From Azolla caroliniana (Eukaryota > Plantae > Polypodiophyta), in assembly GCA_043228905.1 (NCBI GenBank), contig JBHGNT010000005.1, positions 8,184,001-8,248,000 on the forward strand: a stretch of 64,000 bases of DNA, given 5' to 3'. Within the stretch, counting starts at the first letter, position 1. Every line of letters starts with the position of its first letter. Below are positions 1-12,294 of the stretch, in pieces. The translations under genes were made by a program, and so were the position numbers. Under the pieces are notes generated by a model that made no database searches, was not told the origin of the DNA, and saw only the letters and a program-made list of their open reading frames with translations.

Positions 1-251
1 CCTCTAAGTGGAGTAAACAGAAAAATGAGCAACAACATCAAAACTGTTTGCCCTAAGTCATATTTATACACATATGACTTTCGGGCTATTTACAAATATA
101 GCCTCAAGGGCCCTTGGCAAACATATTCATAAATATGTCCCCGCATCCGGATCTCTCTCCGGGTACATTCGTCATCCGGCTCCGTAGCCGGGGTCTTCAT
201 CATCCGGCTCCATAGCCGGCCATCCCATCCGGAGGGACCGTAATCCCAACA
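1..251 (-). mobile_element. Partial LTR of Tnt1/Tork-like copia family A (5' or solo LTR) inserted in another copia pol
   Basis: Near-identical to the LTR segment at about 22030-22368. Ends ...CCCAACA (TGTTGGG on minus) and is followed by RT sequence rather than a PPT. Confidence 0.85.
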
Positions 252-867
252 TCCTTAGCCAATTCATGCAAACACCGTGTGATAATCACTTGGAGTGTGC
301 TAAGTGAGCGGCACAATGGATTACGACATCTTCTACAAGACCGCAATGCCAATACGAATCGAGGGGTACACAGACGCCGATTGGGCCGGCTACAAAGCCA
401 ATAGAAGATCAACCTCCAGAATTTTTTTTTCCCTCGGCAGTGGAGCAATATCCTGGAGTAGCAAAAAGCAACCAACTGTTGCTCTTTCGAGCACAGAAGC
501 GGAATACAGGGGCACAACAGTGGCCGCATGTGAAGCCGTATGGCTCAAAAGGATACTCAAGGATCTGGGCGTACCCATCAAGGATCCGACTTCCGTTTAC
601 TGTGACAACATGAGCAATATCTATCTGGCTCGGAACCCGGTGTTCCACGTGTGGACAAAGCACATTGAAGTGCACTATCACTTCATCCGAGAGCGCGTTC
701 TAGCTGGCGATGTCGACCTACAACACATTAGCACCAATCTTCAAATGGCCGACATCTTCACTAAAGCCTTAGGAGCCGACAAGCTATGGCAATTCATGAC
801 TGATCTCGGATTGACGATCCTTGACCTGCCAAGCTTGAGGGGGAGTATTGAAGACATTAAGCAATAA
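252..867 (+). pseudogene. Ty1/copia RT end and RNase H
   Basis: Motifs YTDADWAG, RRSTS, SWSSKKQPTVALSSTEAEY, YCDN, TKHIEVHYHFIRE, ADIFTK. Confidence 0.95.
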
Positions 868-1105
868 GGCGTGGATTACGCAACCGCTCAACGAAGCCGC
901 GAAGAGGCGATCTACCGTGCAAAGCCGCGAAGAAAGATGCAAGACGAAGCACAGACTTTGCAACTACACACAACGCAAGCTGGAGCACGGATTCCACAAT
1001 TCCGCATAAAGTGAGTCGACGCGAGTTGATGCGTACTCCGGAACGCGAGTCGAAGCGGATTTCGGATACCGTCTGAAACCGACCCGACTTGAGCTTGAGG
1101 GGGCG

Positions 1106-1498
1106 TGTTGAGAATCAAGCTCAACTTGGTCTAGTGTGTGAACTCACCTTGAGAGTGAATAGACACTCGAACGGTCAAGAGTCACCATTATGTCACCTCT
1201 TTGTATTCTAGCATTTAGTATGAGTCATAGAATCATATTCTATGACACATAACTTATGAGCTTTCATATTCCCCATGCTCCATGATTCTTGTAGTTAATG
1301 AAGAGAGAGGGTGACTATATAAAGCACCCTCCTCCCACCTTGTATAATGTTAAGTCTTTCTCCTTTGTTAATACAATCTACCTTGCGTATACTCTGTGTC
1401 TTACTCCTTGTCTCTCTCACTCACTCACTCTCTCTCTCATACACACACATAGTTCACACCTATTCTGCTTCACAAGAATCCATATCCGATTCTTTACA
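1106..1498 (+). mobile_element. 3' LTR of that copia element, with PPT at about 1091-1105
   Basis: GAGCTTGAGGGGGCG directly precedes TGTTGAG...TTTACA. Contains TATA (ctatataaa) and a CT-rich tract. Confidence 0.85.
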
Positions 1499-3401
1499 TT
1501 AATTAAGACAAAGAATTAGGGAGAACTTGGACTGGTGGATCCGGTTCACCAAAGTAAGGGTCTACTTGGTACATTTTTGGTGCGAAGTCTACAACCCGGA
1601 TCAGAATTGTGGAAGGTGCTCCTTAGGAACAAAGCTGACCTTTAGTGTCCCAAGAATGATGGTCCTTGGCAGGCAAATACATGGTGGTTGTTCAGTCCAG
1701 CTCTAAAGTCGAAAGAACCGACTAGCATGGAGGATAGGGTGGTTTGCACCATAATGAAGGCAATGTCAAGTTTAAGAGAAGGGTTGGTCTTAATGCAACC
1801 GAAAACACTGGATGAGCAGGTACGACAACCGTTGTTTTGGAACCCTAGGATTAGAAGTGAAGATGGTATGATGCTTGGACATCAAAAGTACTTGCCTTGG
1901 GGGAGGATGCTAGGGTACAAGATTAGGTCGGTACACGATTGGGAGTTCTTCAGCATGAAGAGGCGGGCGAGACATGCTGTTAGTTGTAGGAGTACTGGAA
2001 GACTAGCGAAGGTGACCCATCTGATAGAAGGGGTTGTTGATGGATTAGGTAAGTTAACTACGGAAGAGGCAGTTTGGTCAGGCTAGTTTGTAGGTGAGGA
2101 TGATGCACAACTTATCCGTGGTAGGTGCTCAACTAGCGAGGATCAACCTAAGTTCTTTGACAGGTAATGGTATGTGGTTGGCAATGCGGGTGGCAGTGTT
2201 GGAGGGTAGGAGATGGCAATTGAACCCAGACCTTAAGACACTGGATCATGATTGTAAAATATGGCTTTTCGATAACAAGCCCTTATATGATTTGGAGTGG
2301 GATCCATTGGAGGTATGGTGGCAGATACGAGGAACAAACAACTTGAAAAAGTTTTTTGAGTACAATACCAAGCTAGGAAGATGAATCATTGGTACCAAAA
2401 CCGTGGGTGTTGTAATGATTCACAATAGTTGGAAGGATAAAGGCATTTCAGACGACTATTTGAAGTCGTTTTGGAGGAGACTATGAGCATTGGATATGCC
2501 AGAACAAATTAAGACTTGGCGAGTGGTTGAGTTCCCGTGGTGGTGAGGTTGCTTGTAAGTTATGTGGACATGCTTTGGAATCAATCTCTCACTATTTTTG
2601 GAATTGTAAAGAGGTGATTACCATTTGGAGTAGAAGCCTTCGAATCGTGGCAGCCTGTGGTATGAAAGGGAACGTTGTGTGGGGCTCAATACAAGGACTG
2701 TCTCTAAAAAGGGAAAGCTGGGGTGAACGGTTAAACCTGCAAGGACATGGATTTATAGTGCAGGGTGGTAGCGTGTTCCAATGTGATGGGGTGAGACCGG
2801 GCACAAATTTTGAATTGTTTGAGGAGATTTGGCTTATGGTGTTGTGTTTAACGGCTTGGCACATTTGGATCAGGTGTTGTAAGTTTATTTTTCAGTAGCA
2901 AAAGCTCTCATGCGGGGAGATAATGTTAAATATCTGGTTTGATCTTGTGGCTTGGTTGCGCGGTTGGTATGATTCGATTCAGGGGGAATTGGAAGAAGCA
3001 GAAAGGTCAAGGTCAAAGTTCTTGCTGAAATGGAGTAACTCTCCCATGATAGTCAAATCTTCATCGAGGTGGAATTACCAGGCGCCTAGGTGGCTGTTTC
3101 CACAGATGGCTCCAAATATTGTACATGGGTTGTAATTATGTATGTATAGCTGACGCAAATGTGGGTTAGTATAGTCATGCTACCTGGATAATGCTGTTAG
3201 AAAAGAGTTAGTTGGGAGATGTAGAGTTGGGGTAAATTAGGGTTTATTTAAGTTTTCTTTGAGTTTTTGCTGTTTTTGCTTGATAGTTTTGGAGTTGTTC
3301 CTCCAAGTTGTATATGTTGATCCCATTGTGGATTTGGGTAAACTTTGTTGTATTCTATTTGCTAACTAATGCGAAGTAGTGTTTTTTCGGAAAAGAAAAA
3401 A
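1499..3401 (+). mobile_element. Decayed L1-clade LINE, 3' part of ORF2 plus 3' UTR and A-rich tail
   Basis: GELGLVDP (GGLG-like post-RT motif) at about 1520. zf-RVT motif CKLCGHALESISHYFWNC..IW and W.IW....FIF in 2527-2898. A-rich end at 3391-3401. Confidence 0.8.
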
Positions 3402-4651
3402 CTTGTGCACCAAAGTTTTACTCTAAACAAGTTAGAGTACCATGTCAAAAGGAATGTCAAATTTCCTCTAACAACTAAACCCAACTAAAAAGACACAAAA
3501 ACAGCCACCAAAGACTCACAACACATAACTAGTGATGGAGGCGGTGATGTCTGAAATGTCGGCGTTCAATAGTGTACACAAGAACGCTGATGGAACAAGC
3601 CAAAGAGAGTTAAGTTCTCCAAATTCTATTTTTCTTTCTACAACAAAAAAATGCTCGTTTTCTCCCTTTATCTCACTTTCAAAAGTGAGTAGAGATGTGT
3701 AAATACATCTAAGTGTGGCCCCTATTCACACTATATTTAAAAATAAAAAAGATTTGGGCGTCCAAGGGCCCATGTACACACTAAAATAGTGGTCAGAAAT
3801 GCTAACAATCTCCCCCTCTAGCCACATATGGAGATTTCATTGAACAACTTAGTTTGTGTTCAATCCAGCAAGCTTGACACATAGCTCAAGCTTTTCTTTA
3901 GAGACCACCTTCTTCAACATGTCAACAACATTCTCATCTGTGTGAATTTTATTGAGTTCTAGTAGTTGGTCTTCAATTGTCGAGTGCAACCAATATACCT
4001 CACATCAATATATTTCATGCGAGAATGGTACATCAAGTTCTTGCTCAAATATATGGCACTGTGACTGTCACAAAAGATCACATAAGTTAGTTGATTTAAA
4101 CCCAAATCCGAAACAAACCTTTTCATTCAAAGCATCCCTTTGGCAGCTTCAATAGTTGTAATATATTTTGATTTTGTAGTATACAAGCAACACATTTTTG
4201 CAACTTAGATTTCCATGATATGGCTCCCCTTGCAAATGTAAATAGGTAAGCAGAAGTAGATGTTCTCCCATCAAGATCCCCTACCATGTCTCCATCTAAA
4301 CAACTTTCAAGAATTGGTTTAGAATCTCCAAAACATAAACATAGTTTGAATGCACCTCTTAAATATCTAAAGATCCATTTACAACATCCCAATGAGACTT
4401 ACCAGGATTGGAGAGATATCTACTTACAACACTAACAATATGGGCAATATTTGGCATTGTACGAACCATAACATACATCAATGAACCAATCATTGAAGAG
4501 TAAGGAATTGAAGACATCTCTTCTTTTTCGTGCTCGGTATGTGGACAGTCTTTTCTACATAATTTGAAATGACTCGCAAGAGGGGTGCTTACCTGTTTTG
4601 CATGATGCATATTAAACCTCTCTAGTACTCGTTCTATGTATTTTTCTTGAG

Positions 4652-4678
4652 AAACCCTAAACCCTAAACCCTAAACCC
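4652..4678. repeat. Interstitial plant telomere repeat (CCCTAAA), about 4 units, inside copia RT
   Basis: aaaccctaaaccctaaaccctaaaccc sits between codons RNR and SQEKY. Confidence 0.9.
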
Positions 4679-5798
4679 GATTGCGAGTAATTTTCATGCC
4701 TAAAATATGTTTAGAATGCCCTAAATCTTTCATGTCAATGGACTTAGATATTTCCACTTTTAACTTGTGGATCATGCCTACATCTTGTCCAACAATTAGC
4801 ATATCATCAACATACAATAAAAGAATAATAATATTACCTTTAGAAAAGTGTTTGACATACACACAATGATCTCCATTAATCTTGGTGTAGTTTTGATTCA
4901 TCTTGAATTAATCAAACTTTTTGTACCATTGTTGTTGTGCTTGTTTCATGTCATAAAGACTCTTTTTCAACTTACACACCATATGTTCGTTTTCTTTCTC
5001 TTGGAAACCTTTTGGTTATTCCATGTAAATCTCTTCTATCAAGTCTCCATGCAAGAATGCATGCTTCACATCAAGCTGCTCAATCTCAAGATTTAAACTA
5101 GATGCCAAACCTAAAATAACTTGAATAGAATTCATTTTCATTATTGGTGAAAAAATTTCATCAAAATCAATACCTTTCTTGACGAAACCTTTCACAACTA
5201 AAATAGCCTTATGGTTTACAAGGTTACCATCACCTTGCTTCAACTTGAATACCCATTTATTTTTCAAGGTTTTTCTTCCCTTAAGAAGTTCCACTAAATC
5301 AAAGGACCTATTATTTTTCTTCAAAGAGTTCGTTTCATCATACATGGTTTTTATCCGGTTTAAAACATCATAATAACTTTCTAGCTTCCCCTCGTTAGAG
5401 ACCAAGACATAATCTGAACTAGAATGCCTCATAAACGATTGTCGTTCTCTAGTAGACCTTCTAGGCTGTGGATTGACAGCCTCTTGTAAGGAAGTTTAAC
5501 TTCATGAATGTCTATGGTAAAATAACATCATGATTAGCGTAAACCCTATTATCTATAATACCTAGTTCATCAACATCCTCACGGTCTTCATCTTGTTGGG
5601 AAGCATCTCCATATTTAGCATCTTCGGTCGTAGGAATAGGGTCAAAATCAATAAGACCACCATTTATTTGAGTGTTGGATCCCTTAATCTTTTCAATGTC
5701 TTCAATACTTTGATGCTCAACAAATACTACATCACGATTTCGAATAAGCTTCCTTTCTACTTGGTCATAACATATCTATAACCAAACTCATCTTGGTC

Positions 5799-6151
5799 TA
5801 TTGAGCGGCAAGCTCAACCGGATCCGGATTGGCTGAATAAGCCTGAGCCGGATCGGCATCCGGAAGGATGAGCCAGATCGGTGACCCGGTGAGCTGGGCA
5901 GCCGGTTAGCTGGATCCATCAGTAACCGGAAGCCTAGTAGCAGCTAGTCTACTAGGGAGTTAATAGTCTCGTAGTCAGTGCCAAACGCTCGAGTGAGCAT
6001 TGAAGTACGCGGTACTTCTGTCAGTCCTCTCAGGACTTGTATAAATAGTGTTGTTGAGCACGTTTCATGTATAGAGAACTATTATTGTTTTGTAATAGAT
6101 ACTTGTTCTGCTCTCTCTCTTTCTCCCGAGTACTCTATGTATTCTGTGTAC

Positions 6152-6214
<63 letters not shown>

Positions 6215-6264
6215 TGCTACGCATCCAAGCTGTTGTCTTACGCTTCCGCACATAATCGTTCACA
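5799..6264 (+). mobile_element. Solo LTR of copia family C with TSD TGGTC, containing a (CT)n tract at about 6156-6212
   Basis: TA(TG)TTGAGC..CAAGCTCAACCGGATCC...TTCACA. Homologous to LTRs at 20954 and 58053. TGGTC on both sides. Confidence 0.9.
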
Positions 6265-6785
6265 TGGTCATACCCAATAAAGATCCATTGTTTAGATTTA
6301 ACATCTAGCTTTGGCCTTTCATCTTTAGGTACACACACAAAACATTTACAACCAAACACACGTAAGTGGTCATAGGGAACATACTTACCATACCAAAACT
6401 CTATTAGGAACATCACCTTGCAATGCAATAATAGGAGATAGATTAATAACATATGCAATGATTCTCAAAGCCTTACCCCAAAAAGATTTGGACAACTTCA
6501 CATTTGAGAGCAAACATCGAACTCTCTCAATTAGAGTTCTATTCATCCTTTCTGCCAAGCCATTTGGTTGTGGGGTTTTTGGTGGTGTTTTTTAATGCTT
6601 AATCCCTTGTTCTCGACAATATGCATTGAAGGATACACAATATTCACCACCATTATCGATGTGAATGCATTTCAACTTCTTTCTTATCTTTCTTTCCACA
6701 AAAATGTGAAATTCTTTAAACTTCACATTAAATACTTGGTCCTTAGTTTTCAATGTTCAAACCTAAAGTTTTCTAGAATGTGCTA

Positions 6786-7229
6786 TGAAATGATCTCCCT
6801 CCGTATGGGAGAAGAGCCGATTTGGTTAAGGCCTGACTATGTGCCGGCTAAGAGTCGACTATGATCGGTTGGGACCCGATCCGAATTGCCAATTCCGCTA
6901 GGGAAAAATATGTGTATATACGTGTATGCATAAGCCCTAGACTTGTGTGTATTATCATTGTGGTGAGAACATAGACCAATATAGAAGAGAAAAAAAGAGA
7001 AGAGAAGCGTGTTCATGGTGCTGTGCAGGTCGAGCACTGGCCCTCGAATCCGATTTGTTGATCAATGGCTGTGCACATGCCAAGTTTTGGTATTCTTGTT
7101 TTCTCTTTTTGTTCACTGAGTTAATCCCTTTGTTAAGACGAAGATTTGTTTTACTTGTTGTTGTACCTGTTTGTTGGCCGGAGTAGTTAGTAAAGACCGA
7201 ACAATCGGTTTTGTCAGTGTTGTATTTCA
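6786..7229. mobile_element. Probable solo LTR interrupting the integrase of family B
   Basis: TGAAAT...ATTTCA termini. Splits the DDHS|RKL codons. No clean 5-bp TSD. Confidence 0.6.
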
Positions 7230-7955
7230 TTTCGGAATGATCATCAATAAATGTAACAAAGTACAATGCAATACCTATTGAATTTACTTTCAAAGAACCA
7301 GAAACACCTGCATGCACCAACTCAAGTACCTCTTCCTTTCTTGCAGAAGAATGATGTTTGAATGAGACTCTACTTTGTTTTCCTACCACACAATGATTAC
7401 ACATATCTAACTTTGCATCTTTTAGACATGGAAGCAAGCTTTTCTTTGCTAGGAAATCAAGTCCCTTCTCACTAATGTGAGACAACATTTTATACCGTAA
7501 TTCTGACATATTGTTGCTTTCAATTGCATTCACAAGATTAGTGGATATAGATGCTTGTAGTAAATACAAACTAGACAATTTCTTACCTCGAGCTACAAAC
7601 AAGGAGCTATTAGTGAGCTTCCATTGTCCCTCATTGAAGATGTTGTGATAGCCAGTGGAGAGAAGATGTAAACAACCACCTTTGAAAGGCCACCATTGCC
7701 CATCTTCACAACTCCGAAATCCCCTAAAGTATAAGAAGTAAAAACTCTCTTCTAGATGTGACATGGAACGATGCTCCACTATCAACAACATAATTAGTTT
7801 CATTATAAGCAAGATTAATTAGGTTTTCATCATAAACAACGAGTAAATCATCTAAGGAAGGTGTACTAACATGATTAGAATTATCATCATTGCCTTTCTT
7901 TTCATGCTTAACACTAAATGGGTGGTTCTCCTTTTTCCATTTGAAATAGTACCTC

Positions 7956-8710
7956 TGTTGAGAGACAAGGTCAACATGGACAGAATCGGCTGAAGAAGCT
8001 GAGGGCCGAGAGTGGGGAGCAGAATCGAAGAAAGTTCGACTCAGGTGGGTCGAGTCGGAAGAATTCCAAAAAGGCCGTTGAAGGTCTATATTCCTATTAT
8101 GGTAGATAGGAATATTGTAGGCAAAATTAGTGTCAGGCTCATTTATGAGCATTCAAGTATTGACGGTACTTGTGTCAGCCCACTCGTCATGGGCTTGTAT
8201 AAAAAGTGCTAACTGAGCACAACATGTATAGAATGTTCATTGCTTGAAATAGAAGTTGTTTTCTGCTCTCTCTCTCTCTCACCATTCTCTGTGTGTACCT
8301 TCCTGTGTGAGAGCTTCCGAAACCAACTATGTACTCAATGTCTATCGCACACGTATTCTTTTCCATGGTATTAGAGCACGAGGGTTGAGACTCCTCTGCA
8401 ACCGACAGAAAAGCGAGTGCATAAGACAGACTCAAGTTTCTCGTTTTTTTCGGAAAAGAAAAGACAGGAACATGGATAGAGAGGAATGGGAAGGCTTAGC
8501 TCGCTTCCGACCGAAAATCTCGATAGGAGCAACTATGCATCTTGGTCGTACAAGATGCACCAGTACTTTCTTGGGCACAGTTATTGGCGTTACGTTGAAG
8601 GAGCTAATGATGCAGCACCCGAGTTGACACATAGAGATGTCCCGGCCTGGGAACATGTGACAAGCAGAGTTCTCTACTGCTTTGCATCCAGTGTGAGCGA
8701 TCAACTCTTT
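7956..8710 (+). mobile_element. Truncated copia family C: 5' LTR 7956-8365, PBS-Met 8366-8377, gag start
   Basis: TGTTGAG...TTCCA followed by TGGTATTAGAGC. Gag motif SSLPTENLDRSNYASWSYKMHQY. Confidence 0.88.
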
Positions 8711-9889
8711 ACATTGCAATGCATGTGAGCTAAGTCACATGGAAGCAATGGTTCGAATGGCAGATAACAGGATGGGCTCTTACATGTATCAATTTGTTTG
8801 GTTTCCCCATTCCACGAAGAATATGGTTTTGTAGTTAGGTGCAACATGTGTAGTATTATGTGTGAAGCGTGAGCCTCCACATTTTTCCCATGTCATGATA
8901 AATTGGTGTTGCAAAAAGGCCTCATTTACAGAGGAATCTAGTGATGCATGATGAAGCAAGTGTCGTGCATCCCGTCTACCAAACGATTTTGCTATATATT
9001 GCATCCAATCGGAACACAAAATTTTGCTTTTATGCGTCTTTTGGATCTTTTTGCTTGCTTCTCATATGCAATTCTAGGAAGTTAATGTGAGGGACTTTCT
9101 TGAACCTTAAGCATGTATTCAATAACCCTTTCCATGACCATGATCTCAATGGGAAGCGATCCCGTCTCAAGGAGGAGGGTGTAGGGCGTTTATTTCTTAA
9201 GTTGTAGAAACTTTTTAAGAAAATGTTTTTGGACATTTTCAAACTCTTTCCACGTAGATTTAGGAATGCTACCGCCCCATACTTGCACCCGATAGAGAAG
9301 AACCAATGTCACCAAAGTGTCGAAAGGATATTTCTTGTGGACCCAACACTTAATATCTCCAAGATTGCATGTGTTCTCAAATGCATAGTATGCTCGCTTA
9401 CCCGCCTCTAAGCGGCGTGTAACACATTCATTCCTTCTATGATTTGAAGGAACTTCAAGGTCAAGGTATTTGAAGCTTTCCACACATTCAAGTGGCTCAT
9501 TGTTGTATGTACATAATGCATGGTTTATCTCTTTTTTCCCTCTTTACAAGCATAATCTTTGTTTTAGATCTATTGAGACTTAATTTAGTATGCATGGAAA
9601 TTTTTTCCAATGCTTCATAAGCTTTTGTGCATCTCCTAAAGTATTTGCAAAAAGCACTACATCATTCACATAAAGCAAAAGCATAATCACAACATTCCCA
9701 ATGGCAACTTTTTCAACACATTCTTCCTTTATATCTTCTAATTCATCAATGCATAGACCAAATAGTGTTGGTGAGTGTGGGCATCCTTGCTTAACACCAA
9801 TAGTGCTAATGAAAAAATCTGAAAGTCTATCTCTCATACGCACACAACATATAACTTTCTCATATATTCGGGAAATGGCAAGCATATAT
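8711..9889 (-). mobile_element. RTE-clade LINE fragment (RT C-terminal part), continuing at 20208
   Basis: GVKQGCPHSPTLF, LLYVNDVV, FKYL. Homologous to 48443-49435. Confidence 0.85.
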
Positions 9890-10431
9890 TGTTGGGAAAC
9901 AGGTCCCTCCTGATGGGAAGAGAAGGACCATGTTGGTGAGTATCGAAACCAAAACTGAAACTGAAATCGTAATACGAAACCGAAATCGTAATCGTAATCG
10001 AAAACCGAAATCGTTTCGGAAGACTATAATTGGAAATAGTCTAAAATGCCCTTGTGGGTTATACTTGTAAATAGTTAGAAAGTTGCTTTTGTTTATAAGA
10101 AACTAGGGCAAACCTTAGTGGTGTGGGAGTGTAATTGATCATTATTGGAAAAAGTTAGAACGAGGCAGTGGCCTTTGTATCAGACAAAGGAGAACTTAAG
10201 GTCGTTGCCTCCGAGTTCTGTATTTGTACTTCCTTTCTAGAATAGTGATCTGTTTTATTGGGGTTTGTGGACCACTGTGGTTTTTCCCATTTTCTGTTTT
10301 CCACGTAAAATATCAGTGTCTATGTGTCTGCACATTTTTTTGTCTATGTACTACTTCTTGTTCTCTGCACACGAATACGAACGTGAAACTGGTTGTGGCT
10401 GGTCAATTTCTAACAGAGTGGTATCAAAGCA

Positions 10432-10915
10432 ATGGAAGCCTCGTTCAGCGGCATGTTTAAGCTAACCAGCTCCTACTACTCAGTGTGGAAGTCAAAGATG
10501 AGAGACATGCTCGTGTGCAAAGACCTCTGGCTGCCAGTGCAATTCGGAGATAAAAGACCAGACAAGATCGATGCAACGACTTGGGAAGTGTTGCATTTGA
10601 AGGTGGCTGCATATATAAGGTGTTTTATAGACATGCGTATGTACAACAACATCGGCGAAGAAATAGAAGGAGACGTCCTATGGAAGAAGGTCGACGTCAT
10701 GTTCCAAAACAAGAATGCCGTGAACCGAGTCTCAGTATTTCAGAAAATCATGAGGCTCCGGTGTCAAGATGGCTCCAGTATGGCGGAGCACATCAATGCC
10801 TTCCAAGGATTGATGAACCAAACCACCTCTTTAGAAGTATCTCTGGCCGATGAGGTATTAGCATTATTGTTGCTGGGATCCCTTCTGGACAGTTGGGAGA
10901 CACTCGTTGTCACGT
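10432..10915 (+). pseudogene. Copia gag N-terminus, interrupted
   Basis: MFKLTSSYYSVWKSKMRDML...LLLLGSLLDSWETLVVT. The frame resumes as LAKARPEG at 11565-11588. Confidence 0.9.
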
Positions 10916-11561
10916 TGTCGTGAAGATTTTCGTCCACAAGCGGAAACCCGAGCAACGAGAGGCAAAGAGCGATGTGCAACGTTGCACACATACATAATGT
11001 ATTTGTAATAGTAATAAAGGTATAAAGGTGATGTGGTTGTACGCACATCCACGCGCGAGAGAGAGAGAGAGAGGTACTATGTTGTACATAGGTACCTAGT
11101 TGTTTGTGAGGAGGTGGGAGTTAAGGGGCCATCAATCTCACCCTCCTCCAAATCAAGGCAAATATCCCCTTTGAATGAAAGGGGATATTTTCGTCTCACT
11201 TTTGTAAGCGGTCTTCCCTCCTTGTGCTATAAAAGGTGGAGAGAAGGCACCATTGTGGGGGTTGCCTATTTTGAGTGTGCGAGGTATACCACGTAGGTCG
11301 AGCGTTAGGGTTAGGGTTAGGGTTTCGAGTAGTCGTTTGGTGTGGCCTACGCGGCCACTATTTTGTAATCGTTCATTTCGTTTTAATATATCTTGTTGAT
11401 CTTCTTGTCCCCATCTTCCTCTTGTTCGAGTTAATCTCTTGTTCATTCTTCTCCTTCTTGAGCAAAGCTTCCATTCCATGTCCGATTCCTTCTCCTCTAC
11501 TCCCTAGTCCAAGACCCCCGTGGTCCCGCCTTTCTCCACGCACGCGCGTAACAACGCGACA
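10916..11561 (+). mobile_element. Solo LTR (gypsy-like, TGTCG...CGACA) with 4-bp TSD ACGT
   Basis: ACGT|TGTCGTG...CGCGACA|ACGT. TATA ctataaaagg. Similar to 27441-28301. (TTAGGG)3 at 11305-11322. Confidence 0.85.
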
Positions 11562-12294
11562 ACGTTAGCTAAAGCCAGACCGGAAGGGTGACGGGAACTC
11601 AACGCTCCTTATACACAACGCTCGGCCACAACCGAGCTTAGAATCATACACAGAAAACGGGAAATAATGAACGACACGAAGAGGAGACGAGTACACAGGA
11701 TGTTTACGTGGAAAACCCAAACTGAGGGAAAAACCACGGCAGCCCACAGGCTGCAAACTATCACTATGTTAGAATGTACAACAGTGAGTTCACAGAGGCA
11801 ACGACCTCGTGCTCACGGTCTTCGCCACAGGCGGCGGTTACAATAGAGGCAACAACCTCTTTCTCTCTCTCTCTCTCTCTGTACACAGTTATATGCTCTC
11901 TCTCTCCTTTCACCAACGAGAATGACAACTACACATAAAAGTTTGCCCTAAGTCATATTTATACTAATATGACTTTTCGGCTATTTACAAATATAGCCAC
12001 GATGGACTCTCAGAAACATATTTACAAATATGTCTCTTCATCCGGAGAGCGCTCCTCACCGGGCCTGCATCATCCGGATCTTGTCGGGCACTCGTCATTC
12101 GGCTCTCACCGGGTCTGCACCATCCGGCTCTCCGTAGCCGGGTACTCCTCATCCGGTTCTCACCGGGTCTGCACCATCCGGCTCTCCGTAGCCGGGTACT
12201 CCTCATCCGGTTTCGGCCTCGGCCGAGTTTGTTCATAAGCACTGTTCTTCTCCCTTACCATCCGGAGGGACCTGTCTCCCAACAAACTCCCCCT

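Larger units (their letters stand above)
3402..7955 (-). mobile_element. Decayed Tork-like copia (family B): truncated 3' LTR 3402-3807, PPT 3808-3817, RNase H, RT, integrase and protease remnants
   Basis: ORF fragments LLLYVDDML, NKWVFKLK, DVKHAFLHGDL, HLRVFGC, YFVTFIDDH, VVDSGASFHVT. ...CTAACA is followed by ATCTCCCCCT (PPT reverse complement). Confidence 0.9.
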
